NCBI GenBank assembly: GCA_963792365.1
Contig: CAWBVW010000001.1
Coordinates: 359,312-423,311 of the forward strand
Reading direction: 5' to 3'
Source: an uncultured bacterium
Lineage (GTDB): Bacteria > Actinomycetota > Acidimicrobiia > Spongiisociales > ZC4RG35
DNA: 64,000 bases
Below, piece after piece: positions 54,755 to 63,878 of the stretch (its first letter is position 1; each line of letters begins with the position of its first letter). The notes below the pieces were generated by a model, which searched no databases, had not been told where the DNA came from, and was given only the letters and a program-made list of their open reading frames with translations. Made by a program: the position numbers and the translations under genes.

Positions 54755-55510
54755 ATGCCCGACATCCATCCCATCGCCCGCGCCGGCTTCGCCAGCGATG
54801 CTGGGCGGTACGAGCACGGGCGACCCGGGTACCCGCCCGATGCGGTGGCATGGTTGATCGATCGTCTCGAGCTCGATTCGACTTCGACTGTGCTGGACGT
54901 GGCCGCCGGCACCGGGAAGCTCACCCGGCTCCTGCGGGCGGCCGATCTCGACGTGACCGCCGTCGAACCGGTGGCCGAGATGTCGGCGGTCCTGCGCCAC
55001 ATGACTCCGGATGTCCCGATCGTCAACGCAACCGCCGAACATCTGCCTATACGCAGTGAATCGGTGGACGCAATCACCGTTGCCCAGGCGTTGCACTGGT
55101 TCGACACAGAAAGGACCTGGACCGAGTTTGCGCGCGTGATCCGACCCACCGGGGGCGTCGGCCTCATCTGGAATGTCCGGGATCGCTCGGTGGAGTGGGT
55201 CGACGAGGTGTGGGCGATCATGGATGGCGTCGAGAAACAGGCACCGTGGCGGGACCACGATCAACCTGTCGAATTTGCCCTTGGTGCTGCGGCTGCTGCA
55301 TACGGCACGATCGAATGCGAAGAGTTCGTCCACGAGGTCACGGTGTCGCCCGATGCGATGGTCGACCGGGTTGCCTCGGTCAGTCACGTGGCGGTGCTCC
55401 CCGATCGTGCACGTCGCGAGGTGCTCGACGCCGTGCAGGCCGCGCTGCCCGAGGGTGACGAGCTGGTCGTTCCCTATCGGGTCGACGTCTATGTCGTGCG
55501 TCGCACGTGA
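54755..55510 (+). CDS. Class I SAM-dependent methyltransferase
   Basis: Motif I VLDVAAGTGKLTRLL. Stop overlaps the downstream helicase start (GTGA). Confidence 0.8.
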   Translation: MPDIHPIARAGFASDAGRYEHGRPGYPPDAVAWLIDRLELDSTSTVLDVAAGTGKLTRLLRAADLDVTAVEPVAEMSAVLRHMTPDVPIVNATAEHLPIRSESVDAITVAQALHWFDTERTWTEFARVIRPTGGVGLIWNVRDRSVEWVDEVWAIMDGVEKQAPWRDHDQPVEFALGAAAAAYGTIECEEFVHEVTVSPDAMVDRVASVSHVAVLPDRARREVLDAVQAALPEGDELVVPYRVDVYVVRRT

Positions 55511-57762
55511 GCGCCATCGACGAAGTGCTGGCGCGGTGGTACGACGACGAGGAGGGTTCATTGGTCCACGTCGAGCACCTGCCCGAACGCGGCGCGATGT
55601 ACCAGAAACTCGACCCGCCGCTGCATCCTCTGCTGGCGGCACGGCTCGCCGAGCGGGGCGTCGAGCGGCTCTACCGCCATCAGGTGAAGGCAATCACACG
55701 CCTCCGTGAGGGCATCAACACCGTCGTGGTGGCGGGCACGGCCGCCGGCAAGACCCTGTGCTACCAGGCACCCATCGCCGAGATGCTGCTCGCCGAGCCG
55801 AAGACGAGCGCCCTGCTGCTCTACCCCACCAAGGCGCTGGCCCAGGATCAGTTGCGCAGCTTCGCCGACCTGCGCATTCCTGAGGTCAAATCAGCCACCT
55901 ACGACGGCGACACACCCCCACACGAGCGCACGAGGATCCGCCGTCAGGCCAACGTGATCCTCACGAACCCCGACATGCTCCACGTCGGAATCCTCCCCTC
56001 CCATGGTCCGTGGGCCGACTTCTTCCACCGACTCCGATTCGTCGTCGTCGACGAGATGCACAGCTTCAAGGGCATCTTCGGTACGCATGTGTCGATGGTC
56101 CTGCGCAGGCTGAGACGGATCTGCCTGCACTACGGGTCGGACCCGACGTTCGTGTTCGGGTCGGCCACCATCGGCAATCCCGGAGAGCTGGCCGAGGCGC
56201 TGTGCGGAAAGCCGGTCGAGGTCGTCGCCGACGATGCGTCGCCACGAGGCGAGCAGTGGGTGGCGATGTGGAACCCACCCGTCGTGGACGAGGATTTGAA
56301 CAAGCGGCGTTCGCCGATCGCCGACTCCGTCGATCTGTTCCTCGACCTCGTGGGAGCCGATCTCAACACCATCGCGTTCGCAAGGAGTCGGCGAACCACG
56401 GAGTTGATGTACCGGATGGCGGCAGACCGGATGCCGTCGGGCCGGCGAGATCGAATCGCTCCGTACCGCTCCGGGTATCTGCCGGGACAACGCCGTGAGA
56501 TCGAGGCAAGGCTGTTCTCGGGGCAACTGGCCGGCGTGATCGCCACCAACGCGCTGGAGTTGGGCATCGACGTCGGCGGACTCGACGCAGCCGTGTTGAC
56601 GACATTCCCGGGAACCATCTCGTCGTTCCGTCAACAGTCGGGTCGCGCGGGTCGCCGCCGTGAGTCCTCACTCGTGGCTCTGGTGGCCGGCGAAGACGCG
56701 CTCGATCAGTACTTCATGACCCATCCCGACGAGCTGTTCACACGGACGCCGGAGTCGGCGGTCGTCAATCCGTCGAACCCATTGATCGCCGAGGCGCACG
56801 CGGCATGCGCCGCCCACGAGCTGCCGCTCGACCTGAACGATCGGGCGGTGCTGGGCGAGGCGATGGAGGAGGCTGCCAATAGGCTGGTCCAACAAGGTCA
56901 TCTGGTGCTCAAGAACGGTGCTTTGTACTGGGCTCGTCGACAGCGCCCGGCCGGCCAAATCGACATCCGTTCCTCGGGCGGGCCCACGTACGTGATCGTG
57001 AGCGAGGGAGAGTCGCTCGGGACCGTCGATGAGGAGCGAGGATTCCGCGACGGGCATCCGGGTGCCATTTACCTCCATCAAGGGGACACCTACGTAGTCG
57101 ATAAGCTCGACCTCGATCGGCACGAGATTCGCGTGGCGCCGAGCAAGGTGGACTACTACACGCAACCCAAGACCGAGAAGGACCTCGAGATCGTGGATCT
57201 GATCGCAAAGGACCGGATCGGGGTGGTCGGCCATCACCATGGGGTCGTCAGGGTCGAGACCGCCGTGGTCGGGTATCAGAAGCGAAAGCTGGGGTCACGG
57301 GAAGTGATCGACACGATCTACCTGGACCTGCCGTCGACCGTCTTCGAGACGGAGGGAATCTGGTTCACGATCCCCGATCACGTGCTCGACGCCGCCGACC
57401 TGGGCGAGAAGGCGATCCCGGGTGCGCTCCACGCAGCCGAGCATGCCGGGATCGGGATGATGCCGCTGATGGCCATCTGCGACCGATGGGACATCGGCGG
57501 GCTCTCCACCAATTGGCACCCGCAGACGGGCGTCGCCACGATCTTCATCTACGAGGCATTCCCGGGTGGTGCGGGAATCTCTCCCGTGGCGTATCAAGCC
57601 GGCACCGATCACCTACGGGCGACGGTCGAAGCGATTCGGGCATGTCCATGCGTGGCCGGGTGCCCGAGCTGTGTGCAATCGCCGAAGTGCGGCAACTACA
57701 ACGACCCGCTCGACAAGGACGGAGCGGTTCGGCTGCTCGATGTGGTTCTTTCTCAGTACTGA
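55507..57762 (+). CDS. DEAD/DEAH-box helicase with a C-terminal DUF1998 zinc-ribbon domain (MrfA/YprA-like)
   Basis: Helicase motif I VVAGTAAGKTL, motif II VVVDEMH, motif VI QQSGRAGRR. C-terminal four-Cys cluster CPCVAGCPSCVQSPKCGNYN (DUF1998). Confidence 0.85.
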   Translation: MSAIDEVLARWYDDEEGSLVHVEHLPERGAMYQKLDPPLHPLLAARLAERGVERLYRHQVKAITRLREGINTVVVAGTAAGKTLCYQAPIAEMLLAEPKTSALLLYPTKALAQDQLRSFADLRIPEVKSATYDGDTPPHERTRIRRQANVILTNPDMLHVGILPSHGPWADFFHRLRFVVVDEMHSFKGIFGTHVSMVLRRLRRICLHYGSDPTFVFGSATIGNPGELAEALCGKPVEVVADDASPRGEQWVAMWNPPVVDEDLNKRRSPIADSVDLFLDLVGADLNTIAFARSRRTTELMYRMAADRMPSGRRDRIAPYRSGYLPGQRREIEARLFSGQLAGVIATNALELGIDVGGLDAAVLTTFPGTISSFRQQSGRAGRRRESSLVALVAGEDALDQYFMTHPDELFTRTPESAVVNPSNPLIAEAHAACAAHELPLDLNDRAVLGEAMEEAANRLVQQGHLVLKNGALYWARRQRPAGQIDIRSSGGPTYVIVSEGESLGTVDEERGFRDGHPGAIYLHQGDTYVVDKLDLDRHEIRVAPSKVDYYTQPKTEKDLEIVDLIAKDRIGVVGHHHGVVRVETAVVGYQKRKLGSREVIDTIYLDLPSTVFETEGIWFTIPDHVLDAADLGEKAIPGALHAAEHAGIGMMPLMAICDRWDIGGLSTNWHPQTGVATIFIYEAFPGGAGISPVAYQAGTDHLRATVEAIRACPCVAGCPSCVQSPKCGNYNDPLDKDGAVRLLDVVLSQY

Positions 57763-57812
57763 GTACTGGGGTACTGAGAACTGAGTACAAGGTATTGAGT
57801 ACAAGGTCCTGA
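57763..57812. repeat. Degenerate GTACTGAG / TGAGTACAAGGT tandem repeats starting at the helicase stop codon
   Basis: Read directly: ...cagtactgagtactggggtactgagaactgagtacaaggtattgagtacaaggtcctgag. It is a locally AT-richer element between convergent genes. Confidence 0.8.
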
Positions 57813-57895
57813 GACCAAGCTCCGCCTTCGCCTGACTGGCGGCCGTGGGCCCCCTTGAGCTTTGGATCCATCCGTGCCGAGTACCTCGGCTCGAA

Positions 57896-58504
57896 CTACT
57901 CGATCTGGCTTGGGGTCTCGCCGTTCCAGTCGGCGAGGGGTTTGCAGTGCCAGACCCAGCGGCTGAGGCGGGGTCGATCGTCGAAGGCGATGCGGCCGTT
58001 GGCCCACAGGAGTGCCTTCCAGGGGTCTTCCGATTCGACCCAGGGGAACAGTCGCCCGAGCACCGCTTCGGCGAGGTCGGCGGGTACCTCGAAGCTCCGG
58101 CTGAGACCCCGGGCGGCGTCGTCGGTGTGGATGAGTAGTTCGTCGCACGCCATACCGGCGAACCCCGACGGATCGGCCGGGCCGACCGGGTGGAAGCCGA
58201 GCGTGGCGGGGTCGGCGCAGTCGATGGTCGATGCGACCACCTCGGCGTAGGCAACCATGGTGCCGAGGAGCTGGCTCGGCCGAGCTGTCGCCAGCACCTC
58301 GTGCTTGACCGCCTCATCGAGCTCCGCTCCCGCGGCGGCGAGATCGATGGCGTACCAGAGGCACCCTTCGGCGGCGTGGGCGACGGTCTTGGCAACGTTC
58401 CAATCCATTTCCGGGACCGGGCGAGCCCAGTCGTCATCGATGGCAGACGTGAGGAAGGATGCACAGACCCCGGCGGCACGCCTCACGTGGGATCCATCGA
58501 GCAT
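57896..58504 (-). CDS. DinB_2 / mycothiol-dependent maleylpyruvate-isomerase N-terminal domain family protein
   Basis: 202 aa. N-terminal helix bundle with ...WNVAKTVAHAAEG...AYAEVVAS... and His-containing motifs typical of the TIGR03083 (actinobacterial DinB-like) family. Confidence 0.55.
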   Translation of the reverse strand: MLDGSHVRRAAGVCASFLTSAIDDDWARPVPEMDWNVAKTVAHAAEGCLWYAIDLAAAGAELDEAVKHEVLATARPSQLLGTMVAYAEVVASTIDCADPATLGFHPVGPADPSGFAGMACDELLIHTDDAARGLSRSFEVPADLAEAVLGRLFPWVESEDPWKALLWANGRIAFDDRPRLSRWVWHCKPLADWNGETPSQIE

Positions 58505-58692
58505 GGTTCAACCCTACCGAGAACCGGCTCCGGCGTTCGCGACCAGCGACGCTGCGAGATCGACGACGCCGTTCATCCTTCACGTAGCCGGCGAGGTCGA
58601 GCTCGAACGGCTCGATCTCGGCCGACTCGTGTGCAGCACGCTCGGTCAGAGCCCCGCCAATCCCCCACCTCCTCGAGCTAGACCACGGTGAT

Positions 58693-59864
58693 GTGAGGCG
58701 GAACGACCCGAGCGACGGTCGGATCTCGGTCCATCCTCAACGCCTTGATCTCAGCCGCCAGAGGCTCGGCGGCCCGTGGAGAATCTGCCCGCCTCGACGT
58801 GTCGCACGACACGGCTTGGGCGCTGGTGACCACCGCGCGATCGATCCCCGCCTGGATCCACTCGATCTGTCGGACGGTGTCATCGGGTGGGAACGCCGTG
58901 TCGAGGAAACCCGCCTGCACGTCCTGGGCCTCAGCGACGAGAGGGTACGCACATCACGCGGCCTCGACCTTGCCGGAGTCCGCAGGCTCGCAGCTCGCCA
59001 TCGCCGGATGTCACGCCGGGATGAGGCAGAGGCGTTCGCCGGTCAACACGTCGTCATCCAACCCTCGCTCGCCGAGTCGTCGTGGCGACTGCACGGGATG
59101 CTCGCCGGTCTCGAGGGCCGCATGGTCGAGAAGGCACTTCAAAAGCGGGGCGACGACGTGACCATCGCAGACGAAGGCCATCTCCCGACCGGACTCCGCT
59201 CCGCCATGGCGCTCGTGTCCGTGTCCCAGGACTCCCTCGACCCCACATCCGAATCGGGGAGCGTGGGAGGTGAACCCATCGTGACGGTCACGGTCGACGC
59301 AGAAGCGATGACCGGCACCAACGGGGAAGCCGGAGCCACGACCACCGCCGGTCCCGGCATCGGACCCAACACCCTCGATCGGCTGCTCTGCGGCGGTTCG
59401 GTCGAGCTCGCGATCACCTCAGACGACGGCGCGATCCTCGGAATCGGGGCCACCACCAGGGTCATCCCGCCAAGACTCACGCGAGCCGTGCTCGCACGGG
59501 ACGACGGCTGCGTGGTCGACGGATGCTCCAGCCGAAACCACCTCGAGGTCCACAAGTCGTGGAACGATCACGAGGCGGTGGCCACGAATCCGACAACCTC
59601 GCCACCCTGTGCCGGACTCATCACCACGTGACGGCCCATGGGCTGGGGTACTCGATCGACATCGTCTCCCCACCCGGACGCCGAAGACTCAGTGGCTCCT
59701 GGCGAATCTACAGGCTGACAACCCAGCCCCAGATCAGTCCGGGTCGTCCGCGGTTCTCCAGGCCTGGGCGGCGATGTGTTCGATCAGCCCATACGGCATT
59801 GGCTCGTGCAGTGGCAACTTCAGCGTGCCCTGACCCGACCGATAGCGGGCGAGCTCGCTCGTGA
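58693..59864 (+). pseudogene. DUF222 / HNH endonuclease gene remnant, frameshifted
   Basis: The DUF222 C-region (...IPPRLTRAVLARDDGCVVDGC...) is in the frame of ORF 58693-59631. The HNH motif (...ERSRGGGHESDNLATLCRTHHHVTAHG) is in the +2 frame of ORF 59523-59864. About 1 nt appears missing near 59545-59560. The N-terminal region is also atypical. Confidence 0.55.
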
Positions 59865-60093
59865 GCTCGCCGTCGCCCGAGGGAATGGGGTACATGCCGA
59901 CATGCTTCTTCCAGCCGCTGAAGTGCAAGATGCTCCTGCCATCCCTCTTGAAGGTCGGCATCTCATAGGCGATGGCCTCGACGGCCTCGGGCGCGCCTCT
60001 GCGGATAGCCTGTCTGACCTGCTCGAGGACCATCCGGACCTCCATTGGGAACGACGCGATGTAATCGTCGACAGCGTCGAACCGGGTCGCCAC
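59734..60093 (-). CDS. DUF1801 (YdhG-like) domain protein
   Basis: 119 aa. MATRFDAVDDYIASFPMEVRMVLEQVRQAIRRGAPEAVEAIAYEMPTFKRDGRSILHFSGWKKHVGMYP is characteristic of DUF1801. Confidence 0.7.
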   Translation of the reverse strand: MATRFDAVDDYIASFPMEVRMVLEQVRQAIRRGAPEAVEAIAYEMPTFKRDGRSILHFSGWKKHVGMYPIPSGDGELTSELARYRSGQGTLKLPLHEPMPYGLIEHIAAQAWRTADDPD

Positions 60094-60094
60094 C

Positions 60095-60736
60095 TCAGAC
60101 TCCGTAGTTGTCGTCGTAGTCGGTGAGCGCAGCCTCGACCACCTTGCGGGCGTGGTCGACCCCGTACACCTGCTCGATCGAGACGCTCACCTCCTTGCCG
60201 CGGATCAGCTTGTAGGTCGAGAAGTAATGATGGAGCCGCTCGACCATCGCTGTGGGGATGTCGCCGATGTCGCGCGCATGACCCCACACATCGTCATTGG
60301 CGAGAACCGCAACGATCTTGTCGTCGGCCTCGGAGTCGTCGACCATCTGGAGCCCGCCGACGACGCGGGCGGTTATCAGGATCTCCGACTTCTGAATCGG
60401 TCGTTCCGAGATGACACAGATGTCGAGCGGGTCACCATCCCCCCCGGTCGCCGCCGGAGAAAGGTCGGCGACCCGCTCTGCGCAGTAGGTCTGGGGTATG
60501 AATCCGTAGAGAGCCGGGAGGACGGCGGAGCTTCGCTGCGGTCGGTCGATTCGCAGGTATCCGTTCGCTTTGTCGATCTCGTACTTGACGAGGTCGAAAG
60601 GCGTCATCTCGATGAAACATGTGACCAGATCGGGAGCGTGGTCGCCCGGTTCGAGTCCGTGCCAAGGGTGGGCACGCCACTGATGGAGAGGGTTCAGTCG
60701 TTTCATCAGGTATCGCAGGCCAGCGTACCGTGGCAT
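60095..60736 (-). CDS. ppa: Inorganic pyrophosphatase, family I (soluble)
   Basis: ...YGFIPQTYCA...DGDPLDICVIS... are the family I PPase metal-binding motifs. Has an N-terminal extension; the start may be the internal ATG near 60706. Confidence 0.85.
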   Translation of the reverse strand: MPRYAGLRYLMKRLNPLHQWRAHPWHGLEPGDHAPDLVTCFIEMTPFDLVKYEIDKANGYLRIDRPQRSSAVLPALYGFIPQTYCAERVADLSPAATGGDGDPLDICVISERPIQKSEILITARVVGGLQMVDDSEADDKIVAVLANDDVWGHARDIGDIPTAMVERLHHYFSTYKLIRGKEVSVSIEQVYGVDHARKVVEAALTDYDDNYGV

Positions 60737-61358
60737 GCTCCCTCACATGACGACACGAATCGGCATTCTCCTCTTCGACGACGTCGACCTCCTGGACGCG
60801 GGTGGCCCCTACGAGGTGTTTCTGACCGCCGGCCGGTTGTGTGAACGACGAGACGAGCCCAACCCCTTCGAGGTCATCACGATCGGTACATCCCTCGCTC
60901 CGGTCCGCTCGTACGGTGGCATGGGACTGACCCCGACCCACACGGTGGCCGACGCCGAGAGCCTTGCTGTCACCATCGTCCCGGGGGCGATTGCGATCGA
61001 CGAGGTTGCCGACCGACCTGCTGTGCGGGACGCCGTCCGAACACTGAGCTCCACGTCCGGAATCACGGCGAGCATCTGCACGGGAGCATTCCTCCTCGGC
61101 GATGCCGGGTTGTTGGGCGACGTGCCTTGGACGACACATTGGGAAGACATCGAGAGCCTCGAGGCCAGGATCGGGTCGGATCGAGGGATCGTCGCGCCAT
61201 GGGTCGACGCAGGGCTCGTGGTGACGGGTGGCGGCTTGAGCAACGGCATCGCCATGGCGCTGCATCTCGTGGCACGCCTAGCCGACAGAGAACTTGCGAT
61301 CGAGACTGCACGGCAAATCGACTACGTCTGGGATCCGAATTCCGGGCTGGTCGTGTGA
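60735..61358 (+). CDS. DJ-1/PfpI family protein
   Basis: RIGILLFDDVDLLDAGGPYEVF. Nucleophile-elbow Cys in ...ITASICTGAFLLGDAG.... Confidence 0.85.
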   Translation: MLPHMTTRIGILLFDDVDLLDAGGPYEVFLTAGRLCERRDEPNPFEVITIGTSLAPVRSYGGMGLTPTHTVADAESLAVTIVPGAIAIDEVADRPAVRDAVRTLSSTSGITASICTGAFLLGDAGLLGDVPWTTHWEDIESLEARIGSDRGIVAPWVDAGLVVTGGGLSNGIAMALHLVARLADRELAIETARQIDYVWDPNSGLVV

Positions 61359-61378
61359 AGAGAGTGCAGTGGCCGTTG

Positions 61379-61918
61379 CTACCACTGCATTCGGGGCGCC
61401 CCCATGGCATGCTCCCCCGGTATGCCAAGCGCCATCACCGTGAAGGCGAGCAGTACCGCCCCAAGCGGGACGGGACGTTGGGTTGCGATGACCTCCGGTT
61501 GTCTGCCGAGCTCGGCCACGGGCTCGCCCCATGAGGTCAACTCCCACCTGGTCGGCTTCGAGCGCCACGTGTGCGGCGTGTCCGCGATCAGCCGAAACCC
61601 TTCATCGATGGTGTCGATCATGTAGCTGCCGTGGGGACCGGGAGTCGCCCTGGCGACGGTGTTGCGCCGGTCGTCGGTGACCACCGGAATGATCCAGTTG
61701 CGCATGCCGGTACCCACGATTCGTCCACCGCTGCCGTCCGGAAGCGTGACCCGCTGACCAGGTCCCATGTAGATCCACAGCCAGCTGCGAGGCCCCAGGG
61801 CGGCCACCGTTGCCGATCGATCCCTCAGCTCCCACCGCCGTATCGGTGGACTTCCAAGCGGGTGCATTTCGAGCCGACCTTCAACGATGCGTTGTTCGAC
61901 GCGGGCGACCATGCACAT
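61379..61918 (-). CDS. Hypothetical protein (179 aa)
   Basis: An ORF with coding-like composition. No recognisable motifs. Confidence 0.35.
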   Translation of the reverse strand: MCMVARVEQRIVEGRLEMHPLGSPPIRRWELRDRSATVAALGPRSWLWIYMGPGQRVTLPDGSGGRIVGTGMRNWIIPVVTDDRRNTVARATPGPHGSYMIDTIDEGFRLIADTPHTWRSKPTRWELTSWGEPVAELGRQPEVIATQRPVPLGAVLLAFTVMALGIPGEHAMGAPRMQW

Positions 61919-62058
61919 GCTCCTCCACCCGCGAGGCTAACCGATGCCGTTGGCGCGTAGCTCAGGCTTGGCGCGGCGGTCGAGCTGTGGTGAGGAGTCG
62001 AGAATCGCGCCCGATACACTCGCTCCTGTATTGCGAGTTGGCGAGTGAAGGGTTCGAC

Positions 62059-62676
62059 ATGGAGGTACTCGACGCCGCCGAGGCGCGCATCCTCGGCTGC
62101 CTCATCGAGAAACAGATGACAACACCCGAGTACTACCCGATGACGGTCAACGCCCTCGTCGCGGCATCCAGCCAGAAGACCAACCGCGACCCGGTGCAGA
62201 ACTACGACGAGGAGATGGTCGACCGGGCGCTCTCCTCGCTCAACGACAAGGGCCTTTCCCGCTTCACCCGCATGTCCGGAGCCCGCACACTCAAATACGT
62301 CCACAAGGCCGACGAGGTGCTGGAGGTCGACTCCCAGCAATTGGCGGTTCTCGCAGTACTGCTTCTCCGCGGCCCGCAGACACCCGGAGAGCTGCGTACG
62401 CGCACGGATCGCTACGTCCACTTCAGCGGCACCGAGGCGGTCGAGGAGGTTCTGGACGACCTCATGACTCGCGATGTCCCCCTGGTGGCTCGTCTCGAGC
62501 GGGAGGCCGGCCAGAAGGAACATCGGTATCGAACCTTGCTCACCGGTTACGACCCGGCATCGCTCCAGCGGCCGGCGGCAAGCCGGAGTGGCGAGGATCC
62601 AGTGGCCCGAATCGAGGCGCTCGAGCGACGTTTGGATCGAATCGAGCGGGAACTCGGCATCACGGGTGAGGAGTGA
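62059..62676 (+). CDS. DUF480 (YceH-like) family protein
   Basis: From ATG 62059: MEVLDAAEARILGCLIEKQMTTPEYYPMTVNALVAASSQKTNRDPVQNYDE... is typical of DUF480, with a C-terminal coiled coil (RIEALERRLDRIEREL). Confidence 0.75.
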   Translation: MEVLDAAEARILGCLIEKQMTTPEYYPMTVNALVAASSQKTNRDPVQNYDEEMVDRALSSLNDKGLSRFTRMSGARTLKYVHKADEVLEVDSQQLAVLAVLLLRGPQTPGELRTRTDRYVHFSGTEAVEEVLDDLMTRDVPLVARLEREAGQKEHRYRTLLTGYDPASLQRPAASRSGEDPVARIEALERRLDRIERELGITGEE

Positions 62677-62693
62677 TCGGTCTTTCCTTCTCG

Positions 62694-62719
62694 AAACACG
62701 GTGTTTACATTCGGATAAT
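62694..62719 (+). promoter_or_regulatory. Candidate operator/promoter element upstream of glnII: palindrome AAACAcggTGTTT, followed by GATAAT (-10-like)
   Basis: Read directly. The 5-3-5 palindrome at 62694-62706 and GATAAT at 62714-62719 lie ~80-100 nt upstream of the glnII start. Confidence 0.25.
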
Positions 62720-62796
62720 GGGAGCGAAATCGGTCGGTGGTTGCGTTCCGCCACGACACCGTTCGCTCGTGACCATCCCCAAGGTCACTCATCGAC

Positions 62797-63816
62797 ATGA
62801 GGAGAGCCGTGCCTTACCGAGCTGAATACATCTGGATCGATGGATCCGAGCCGACGCAGCGACTGCGATCGAAGACCAAAATCGTTCCCGACCAGGCCGA
62901 ACCACCCATCTGGGGCTTCGACGGTTCGTCCACGAACCAAGCCCCGGGCAACCAGTCGGACTGTGTGCTGCAACCCGTGAGGGTGGTGCCAGACCCGATA
63001 CGTGGCAACGACGACGTCCTCGTTCTCTGCGAAGTGCTGACCGTCGACATGGAGGTCCATCCATCGAACACCCGGGCCTCGTGTCGCGCGGTGGCGGAGA
63101 AGTACGCCAGCTACGAGTCGTGGTTCGGCATCGAGCAGGAATACACGTTCTTCAAGGACGGACGCCCGTACGGGTTCCCGATGGGAGGCTATCCCGCACC
63201 ACAGGGTGGCTACTACTGCGGTGTGGGCTGGGACGAGATCTTCGGGCGTGAGGTCGTGGAGAACCACACGGCGTATTGCCTGGAGGCAGGGCTCTCGATC
63301 TCCGGCACCAATGCCGAAGTGATGATCGGACAGTGGGAGTTCCAGATCGGACCCGCCGGCCCGGTCGAGGCGTCGGACGAAATCTGGCTGGCCCGGTGGC
63401 TCTTGTATCGAGCTGCCGAGGACTACGGCATCTCTGCCCATCTCGATCCGAAGCCTGTGAAGGGCGACTGGAACGGGGCCGGGGCCCACACCAACTACTC
63501 GACCAACGAGATGCGGGAGAGCTACGACCCGATCGTGGCGGCTTGCGAGGCCCTCGGGAAGCGCCATGACGTCCACATCACCAACTATGGCGCCGAGATC
63601 GAGCATCGGCTGACCGGTCTCCACGAGACTGCGCCCTGGACGCACTACTCATACGGCGTGTCGGACCGAGGCGCTTCGGTCCGGATTCCGTGGCAGTGCG
63701 CCAAAGACGGAAAGGGCTACCTCGAGGATCGTCGCCCCAACGCCAACATGGATCCGTATGTCGTGACCAAGCTCATCACCGAGACGGTGTGTGGTTCTGC
63801 CGCCGGCGACCTCTGA
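62797..63816 (+). CDS. glnII: Glutamine synthetase type II (eukaryote-like GSII)
   Basis: 339 aa. ...YIWIDGSEP...WGFDGSSTNQAPG...WFGIEQEYTFF...GGYYCGVG...GTNAEVMIGQWEFQIGP...KGDWNGAGAHTNYST...YLEDRRPNANMDPY are GSII signatures. Confidence 0.9.
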   Translation: MRRAVPYRAEYIWIDGSEPTQRLRSKTKIVPDQAEPPIWGFDGSSTNQAPGNQSDCVLQPVRVVPDPIRGNDDVLVLCEVLTVDMEVHPSNTRASCRAVAEKYASYESWFGIEQEYTFFKDGRPYGFPMGGYPAPQGGYYCGVGWDEIFGREVVENHTAYCLEAGLSISGTNAEVMIGQWEFQIGPAGPVEASDEIWLARWLLYRAAEDYGISAHLDPKPVKGDWNGAGAHTNYSTNEMRESYDPIVAACEALGKRHDVHITNYGAEIEHRLTGLHETAPWTHYSYGVSDRGASVRIPWQCAKDGKGYLEDRRPNANMDPYVVTKLITETVCGSAAGDL

Positions 63817-63841
63817 CTCTCGAGCGACCCAGGTATCGGTT

Positions 63842-63873
63842 GAAGTGGCCCCGCCTGCCGGCGGGGCCACTTC
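63842..63873. terminator. GC-rich hairpin (14-bp perfect stem GAAGTGGCCCCGCC/GGCGGGGCCACTTC, loop TGCC) between glnII and a convergent downstream gene. Likely a bidirectional intrinsic terminator.
   Basis: Read directly. 26 nt after the glnII stop. Followed by AGTTGTC, a weak U-tract, as is common in high-GC actinobacteria. Confidence 0.55.
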
Positions 63874-63878
63874 AGTTG

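Noticed and set aside
60152-61265. ORFs antisense to ppa and DJ-1 (60152-60844 +, 60432-61265 -)
   Set aside because: They overlap well-supported genes on the opposite strand and have low-complexity Arg/Asp-rich products.
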